Assembly (NCBI GenBank): GCA_965215125.1
Contig: OZ244052.1
Coordinates: 96,001-160,000 of the forward strand
Reading direction: 5' to 3'
DNA length: 64,000 nucleotides
From: an uncultured candidatus Porisulfidus sp.
Lineage (GTDB): Bacteria > Pseudomonadota > Gammaproteobacteria > Poriferisulfidales > Oxydemutatoraceae
Shown: piece by piece, positions 54,301-63,300 of the stretch
Layout: each line of letters opens with the position of its first letter
How positions within the stretch are numbered: the stretch's first letter is position 1
Program-made: the position numbers and the translations under genes
The notes under the pieces: model-generated
The model's input: only the letters and a program-made list of their open reading frames with translations
The model's database searches: none
What the model was told of the DNA's origin: nothing

Positions 54301-57300
54301 CAGCCGAGGCGATCTAGTGTCTCCGGCACTACGACACGCCGAGCGACCCAGCACATCGGTTGCCGCAGTGTATTTGAGCGTCGGGTATTGTTCGGCAGTG
54401 CCGAAATCCCAGTTGTCCTCGCGCCATCGGTAATAGACATCGGTGGGCGTGGTGCCCGGCTCGGTTGGTGCTCGCAACTGCTGCGAGGTTCCTTCAAATG
54501 CATTTATAAGACGCTCTATACCGGGATTTAAGATATTGGGATTAATATCATCTCTATAATAATTCGGCACGCTACTGGCAGAAGGTATCAGATTTGCAAC
54601 TGAATTAATAAATTCTGAATTTACTAATCCATCATTCAGAATAAGACTCCCATTTGCATAATTGGCATTAACTATCATCTCTTGCAAAAGTCCACCACCT
54701 ACAAATGAACCTGGGTTACTATTAGCAGATAGACCGATTAAATCACCCCGCGCATAGTTATTGCTGATATTATTCGCTTGTGGGCTTGAGCCCCCGAATG
54801 ATGAAAGTTCTTCTCCCACTGAACCGACAAATCCACCAGTACCGAAATAACTAGCGCGAGTTACTTCAGTATTATTGTTCGTAACCGAACCGACCGCAAA
54901 GCTGTTGAGTATCGTACAGCCGTTGCATCTGCCGAGGATGCCGCCGCCGTTGTAATTGAAAACCCGCACTGCGACACTGCTCCTGCTGTTGACGATGATG
55001 CCGGTATTTGCCGGCTCAGGGCTGCGATCGGCAAAGACGGGGGTGAAAAAACCGATATTGCCGACGAGACCGCCGACATTGATGTTTCCCCCTACGCGAC
55101 CGGTCGCATAGCTGTTGGCAATGCGCCCGCCGCCGCGCAGGTTGCCTGCTATCGCACCGACACGCGTGCCACCCGCTATGCGCACATCCGGCAAGCCGAG
55201 ATTGCGTACCGTACCGCGCTTGCCGAGAACACCCTCGCTGCCGATATTGCCGAATAAACCGACATAGTCTCTACCGTCGCGGTTGATCTGCAGATTGGAG
55301 ATTGCGTAGCCGTTGCCGTCGAACTCGGCGGTGAATCGTAGCCTTGGGGTGTTAATGCCGGGGGGCTGAAAACCGCCGCCTATCGGTGTCCAACCGGTGT
55401 CGGTGGTGACGGCAAAGTCGTGGACGACCCAGCTGCGATTTATCTCACCTGAGCGGTAGCTGTCCGCGTCGTTGAAATCCAAATCGCGCATCAATTCGTA
55501 GCCGCGGCAGACTCGGTTCGGACACCCTAAGACTCGCAGAGGGTCGTCGGCCGTCAATCTGTAGCCGACCTCCCCGCCGGCAAGATTGAGGCGTAGCATC
55601 GCAAGCTCTTCCAAATAGTTAATCTCTACGAGACCGTCGCGGTCGGCATCCACCGCCGGCAGCGGCGCAACCGGTTGATACTCCAGATAAAGGGTATAGC
55701 GCACCGTGCCGCTACCGTTGACCTCTACGACGACTTCGGTGATGCCGTCGCTGCGCAGGTCGATCGTGCCGCTGGGATCACCGCTGTCAATGCCGATACT
55801 CCCGAGTAACATGCTGCCGTTCACATAGATGGTGTAGGTGGCAGACGATTCCAAAGTCGTTGCGCGCAATGCAATTTGCGGCGCAATATTGCGCACCGTG
55901 CCGAAATACGCACTGCCGATATGGAGTGCATCGGCGTCAAACGGCGGATCCATCCCGGCATCGCCGAGCGGAACGAGTGATTCCAAGCCCCAGCGTAGTT
56001 TGGGGGCAATCAGGGTGCGGCACACCGGCAGGCGCGATGTGGGGTCTTTGGCACTGAGGCACGCCGGGCGACCCAACACATCGGTTGCCGAAGTGTGTTT
56101 GAGCGTCGGGTATTGCATGTCATTGCCGAAATCCCAGTTTTCCTCGCGCCATAAGTAATAGACACCTGTGGCTGTGGTACTCGGCTTGGTTGCCGCCCGC
56201 AACTGCTGCGCGGTTCTTTCAAATGCATTTATACCACGCTCTGAATTAAAATTATCTATGACATTGGGAGTGATATCATCTCCATAATAATTCGGCACGG
56301 TACTAGCACTGGGTATAGCATTTGGAATTGAAGAAATAAATACTGAAGGTTCTAATTCATCATTCAGAATAGTACGCCCGCTTGCATAATTGGCATTAAC
56401 TATCGCCTTCAACAAAACCCCACCACCTACAAATGTGCCTGGGTTAACTCTAACATCTTCAAAGATCAAATCACCTTGGGCATAGTTATTACCGATATTG
56501 ATCGCTTGGTCTGCATTGAAGCTATCTGCGCGTGTTTCCCCTATTTGACCGACAAATCCACCACTACCGAATAGAGTTAAAGGAGGTGGTGTACTGACAC
56601 GGTTCGTAACCGAACCGACCGCAAAGCTGTTCAGTATCGTACAGCCGTTGCATCTGCCGAGGATGCCGCCACCGTTGTAACCGAAGACTCGTACATCAAC
56701 ACTGCTCCTGCTATTGACGATGATACCTGCGTTCGCACCATCAGGTCTGGTATCGTTGGGTTCGGTGGTGAAAAAACCGATATTGCCGACCAGTCCGCCG
56801 ACATTCAGGGATCCGCCTACGCGACCGGTTGCATAGCTGTTGACAATGCGCCCACCCCCGCGCAGGTCGCCTGCTATCGCACCGACATGTCTCAAAGCAG
56901 TTATATTCACATTTGCCACACCCAGATTGCGCACCGCACCGTCGTTGTCAATAACACCGAATAAGCCGACAAAGTTGGTGGAAATGCGGTGAATCTGTAG
57001 ATCGTAGATTGTATAGCCGTTACCGTCAAACTCGCCGGTGAACGGCATCGTTTCATTGCCTATCGGCACCCAACCTAGCGGATCACTACCGAAGCGATTG
57101 AACTCTGCCACTCTCCAGTCTTGGTTTATCGCCCCCGAGAGATAGCTGTTCGGGTCGTCGAAATTGAGGTCGCGCATCAATTCGTATTTACCCGCCAAGG
57201 TGGTGGTGTCGGCAGCGATGGCATGCAGGTGATCGAGATAATAGATCTCGGTGAACCCGTCGCCGTCGCGGTCCGCCAGCATGCGATTTTCCAAGCGCAG

Positions 57301-60300
57301 ATAGAGCGTATAGCGCACCGTCTCGGCGGCACCTTTAACCTCTACGACGATTTCGTTAACATCGAAGCGGGATAGCGTAATCACGCCGCTGGGCTTACCG
57401 CTGTCAATATCGGTATTCTCGTCTGTTAGCATGCCGTTCACACGGACGCTATAAGTGGCAGACGAATCCTGTGCGGTGCCGATCAATACGAGTTCGGGTG
57501 TGGCACTGCCGAAAGTGCCGAAATAAGCACCGCCGACATTCTGTGCCGTCGCATCGAAGGGGGGAGACAGCTCCGTGGTACCTTGGGCAACGAGTGATTT
57601 TAAGCCGTAGCGCACTTTGGGGGCAATCAGCGTGCCGCATACCGGCAGCCGAGGCGATGTAGTGTCCGATGTACTGTCCTCGGCACTAAGACACGCCGGG
57701 CGACCCAGCACCTCGGTTGCCGAAGTGTATTTGAGGATCGGGTATTGCTCGGCAGTACCGAAATCCCAGTTTTCCTTGCGCCATAAGTAATAGACACCGG
57801 TCGCCGTGCTACTCGGCTCGGTTGCCGCCCGCAACTGCTGCGCGGTTCTTGCAAATGTGTTTAATATCTCATCATTACCCAAGACATTGACATTATTCTG
57901 ATAATAATTCGGCACGGTAATGGCAGGGAGAATAGCGACAGTTACATTTCGATCTGAAAAAGTTCCCATAGCAGTATTTATAGAGCCGATTGCATAATTG
58001 GCATTTATTATCGCATCCCCGGTAGCAAAAAAAGAACTCAGAAACGCACCCGAACGAGTATTGTTTGAAGAACGAGATATGCTACCCCATGCATAGTTAT
58101 TACTGATATTAATAGCTTGTTTTACATTAGATCTGTTCCTGAGCAACTCCCCCGTTTGGCCGACAAATCCACCAACACCTAAAATACCAGCAGAAGGTGG
58201 GGTATTGTTATTGTTCGTAACCGAACCGACCGCAAAGCTGTTCAATATCGTACAGCCGTTGCATCTGCCGAGGATGCCGCCACCGTTGAAATTTCTAACC
58301 AATACTGCGACACTGCTCCTGCTGTTGACAATGATGCCGGTATTTGCCGGATCAGGTCTGGTATCGGCATTGACGGTGGTGAAAAAACCGATATTGCCGA
58401 CAAGTCCGCCAATATTAATGTTTCCTCGTACGCGACCGGTTGCATAGCTGTTGGCAATGCGCCCACCGCCGCGCAGGTCGCCGGCTATCGCACCGACATG
58501 CGTGCCGCCCTCTATGCGCACATTCGACAAGCCGAGATTGCGCACCGCCCCGCCGTTGTTGATAGAACCGAATAAGCCTACGAAGTCGGTGGTAATGCGG
58601 TGAATCTGCAAATTGGAGATTGCGTAGCCGTTGCCTTCAAATTCGGCAGTGAACGGATCGGCATCGGTACCTATCGGCACCCAACCTTGTTCCATATTTA
58701 TCATATTAAAATTTGCCACTCTCCAGTCTTGGTTTATTGCGCCTGAGCGGTAGCTGTTCGGGTCGTCAAAGTCCAAATCGCGCATCAGTTCGTAGCCACG
58801 ACATATCCCACCCGGACAGCCGAAGGCATTCGGTTCGGCATCGGGTGCGGCTTTATAGCCTATCTCGGTGTCTTGCCGGGTGTTGAAATTCAGTGTTGCA
58901 AGGTCTTCCAGATAATTGATATCTACCAAGCCGTCGTGGTCGGTGTCTACCGAGGTTGCCGGCACATAATCCAGATTGAGGGTATAGCGCACCGTCTCGG
59001 TGCCGTGAACCTCTATGACGACTTCGGTGATGCCGTCGGCGTTCAGAGGAATTACACCGCTCGGGGCACCGCTGTCAATGCGGGTACTCCCGGGTAATAC
59101 GCTGCCGTTCACATAGATGCTGTAGGCGGACGATTCCAAAGTCGTGGCAATCAACACCAGTTCGGGTGTGTCGTTGCGCACGGTGCCGGAATAAACACCG
59201 TCTATATGGAGTGCCACAGCATCGAAGGGCGGGCTCAACTGGATGTTACGGGCAGTATTGAGTGCGCTCAAACCGTAGCGTAGTTTGGGAGCAATCAGTC
59301 TGCCGCATACCGGCAGCCGAGGCGATGTAGTGTCCTCGGCACTGCGACACGCCGGGCGACCCAACACCTCGGTAGCCGAAGTGTATTTGAGCGTCGGGTA
59401 TTGCTCGGCAGTGCCGAAATCCCAGTTGTCCTTGCTCCATCGGTAATAGACACCGGTATCCGTGGTGCTCGGTTCGGTTGCCGCTTGCAACTGCTGCGAG
59501 GTTGCTCGAAATAAGTTTGCTATATCAGAAACAAGAGCTGTCCCTAACAACTCATCAATCCGAGTATAATTCCGCACGGCACTGGCAGAGGCATCTGAGG
59601 TAGTACTATCCAAAAATCTTGGGAATGGTAATGGATCGTTCTGAAAAAAGGAGTTCCCAAGTGCATAATTAGCATTTATTATCGCCCTCCTCAAAATTCC
59701 ACTACCCCCAAATATGCCTGGTCGAACTAGACTAGAGCTATAGAATAAATCACCCCATGTATAGTTATTACTGATATTAATCGCTTGGTTAGCACTGTTG
59801 ATTCCAAGTGTTTCTCCAATTTGACCGACAAATCCACCAGTACCGTTCCGAGTTCTAGGGGGGGCTTGAGTGTTATTGTTCGTAACCGAACCGACCACAA
59901 AGCTGTTCAATATCGTACAGCCGTTGCATCTGCCGAGGATGCCGCCGCCGTTGTAGCTTCTAGCCTCTACTTCAACACTGCTCCTGCTATTGACAATGAT
60001 GCCGGTATTTGCCGGCTCGGGCCTGGCATCGGCATTGACGGTGGTGAAAAAACCGATATTGCCGACCAGTCCGCCGACATTGATGCCTCCCAATACGCTA
60101 CCGGTTGCATAGCTGTTGGCAATGCGCCCACCCCCGCGCAGGTCGCCGGCTATCGCACCGACATGGTTATTACCGATTATAGCCACATTTGTCACACCCA
60201 GATTACGCACCGCACCGCCGTTGCCGATAGAACCGAATAAGCCTTGAAAGCTGGAACCCATGCCGGTGGCGCGGTTAATCTGCAAATTGTAGATTGCGTA

Positions 60301-63300
60301 GTTGCTGCCGTCGAACTCGCCGCTGAACGGTGTCGTTTCATTACCTATCGGCACCCAACCTAATTGATTTGCAACAGAGAAATCTGTCACTCTCCAGTCC
60401 GGGTTTATTTCGCCCGAGAGGTAGCTGTTCGGATCGTCAAAATCCAAATCGCGGACTAATTCGTATTTGCCTGCTAGGGTCGTCGCATCGGCATTGATTG
60501 CTTGAAGGTTTTCCAGATAATAGATCTCATTAAACCCGTTGCCGTTGCGGTCTGTCAATAAGCGACCGTTTCGGTAGCGGATATAGAGCGGATAATGCAC
60601 CGTCTCGGTGCCGACGATTTCCAAAACGATACGGTTGATGCCGCCTTCACGCAGGGTTATCGGTGCCGAAGACTTGCCACTGACGATGCTTTGGTCGGGC
60701 GTGCCGGCGGCACCTATATAGATGTTGATGGTCGTATTAGCTTGCATTGCGGTCGGGATCAAGCGGATCGGGTTGGCGGCAACGATGCCGGAATAACTGC
60801 CGGTTAAATCGCTGTGCTTATCCTCGAAAGGTGGGAATAACAGGTTATCGTCGGCGAGGCTGAGGTCTTTCAAACCATTGCGGATTTGTGGTGAGATTGG
60901 ATCGCCGCAGGTGGGCAGACCGTCGCCGTCGCAGATGCGCTGACCGCTGCGGTCGGGATTTTGGATGTATTTGAGGGTCGGGTATTGTGTGTTGGTGCCG
61001 AAATCCCAGTCGGCGGCATCCCAATCCGCATAGATGCCGTCTGCGGCATTTTGATTAGTCGGTGCTTGCAGTTCCGCCGTAGTTTTGCCGGTGCCGGCAG
61101 CACTGGTATCCAGTGTGCTGGTCTCGCTATTCCAATAACTGCTCAGCGCAGTCCCCATCCCTTGTCCGACCAAACCACCGATATCGGATGCGCCGCTACC
61201 GGATATACGACCGATTGAATAACTATAGCGCATCGTGTTGACGCCGAATGCGCTACCGACTAAGCCCCCCGTGGCCTCGGCCTCGTTGCCGCTCAGCGCA
61301 CCTGTTGCATAGCTGTTGCCGATTTCGGCGGCAGCGTTCTTTTGTCCCACAAAACCCCCTACCGACCGATTATTATTACCGATGACAATCACATCGGCAG
61401 TCGCATAGCTATTGGAGATGTCACCACGGGCATGCAACCCGACGAAACCACCGACGACGCGCTGTGCCGAAACGGTACCTTCCGCATAACTGTTGACGAT
61501 GCCGGGGTTGCCGCCATCGATGATGCCGATAGAGCCGGCTAATCCTCCGACATTCTCCGTGCCTTCAAGCAACGTAACCGCAAAGCTGTTGGCAATCAAA
61601 GCCGATCCTAGATGACCGCCGACCAAACCACCGACAAGGTTTCTGGCGGAGATTTTGCCGATCACAGAACCACCGACGACGACACCTCGGTTTATGCCGA
61701 CCAACGCACCCACCCAATCCCGGGCTTCTATTTCTACTTCGGTCAAACCGAGATTGCGGACGATGCCGCGCTCGGCAACGCTACCGAATAGCCCTTGGTA
61801 ATCATTGTTGTCGCGGTTGATTTGCAGACCCGAGATGGTATAGCCGTTGCCGTCAAACTCACCGCTAAACGGTGTCGTTTCATTGCCTATCGACACCCAA
61901 CCTTGTGGAGAGACATTATCGAAACTTGCCACTCTCCAGTCCGTGTTTATTGCACCCGAAAGGTAGCTGTCCGGGTCGTTGAAATCCAGGTTACGCGCCA
62001 ATATGTATTCGCGGGCTAAGGTTGCGGTACTGTTATTGATCGCTTGGAGTGCATCGAGACTGTCGATCTCGATGATGCCGACGACTATCGGCGGAGCAGC
62101 ATATCGTATATACATCGGATAGTGAACCGTCGCGGTGGTGTTGTCGGCCAGCTTTGAGACGATTTCCAATACGATGGGAGTGATGCCCGCAAGGGATAAT
62201 GTTATCGGTGTGCCGGTCGTACCACTGGCGATACGCTGGTCGGGTTCGCTTCGGTCGGCAACGGAACCGAGGTAGACATTGATTGTCGCACTAGACTGCT
62301 GTGCCGTCGGAATCAGACGAATCGGGTTGACATCGGTGTCACCGAAATAGGCGGCATTGCCGTCGCCGAAAGGTGGATCCAATTTGCCCGACGCTAATTT
62401 CAGATCCTTCAAACCATAGCGGATTTGCGGTGCGATTAAATCACCGCAATTCGGCAAAGCGGTAGCGTCGCAAAGCCGCGGTCCGTTGCGGGCGGGGTTT
62501 TGGGTGTATTTGAGGACCGGGTATTGGGTGTTTGTGCCGAAATCCCAATCGGCAGTACTCCAATTCGCATAAATACCGGTTGCGGTCGTCGGCGTTTGCA
62601 GCTGCTCGGTGGTTCGCTTGCTCGCGTTCAGAGCTACGACATTCGCAGGGCTGATGCCGTCGGTGTCGTCGTTCCAATAGTTCGGTGCGGTGCTGAAAAC
62701 ATTGCTAATCACGGTGAGATTGTTGCCGCCAAAACCCGCCGTTGTGGCACCGACCGAGTAGTTGGCACTTAATCGTGCGGAATCCCTAACAAAGGCGGCC
62801 CCTAAAAACCCGCCGTTGCCGCTTGCGGTATTCCCGCCACGCACATCGCCGCGCGCATAGTTGTTGCTCATATTAAACGAAAATGCCAGGAGACCGACAA
62901 ATCCTCCGATGTTATCGGCATTGTCACCGACTCCGGTGACCGAACCGAGCGCAAAGCTGTTAAGAATCTCCCCGAAGTTTTGACCGACCATGCCGCCGGC
63001 ACTGCCACTGGTTGCCGACACCGCAACATTGGTGTAGCTGTTGATAACCTGCCCCAAGCCCAAGTTGTTGCCGACCAAGCCACCGGCTATGCCGGGAGCT
63101 GTGACCGTGCCGACCGCATCGCTGTTAAAAATCGCCCCGGAGTTTTGACCGACCAAACCACCGGCCGAGATGCCTCTCCCGAAAATCTCTCCGACCATAG
63201 AACCGTTGAGTACGGTACCGTCGTTTCTGCCTGCCATTGTGCCGACCAAATTACTACCGATTACCCGCACATCGTATAAACTCAGATTGCGCACCACACC

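Noticed and set aside
54500-59870. Diversity-generating retroelement as the cause of the variable patches
   Set aside because: No reverse transcriptase or template repeat in the window; differences include indels and do not appear limited to adenines. Not excluded genome-wide.
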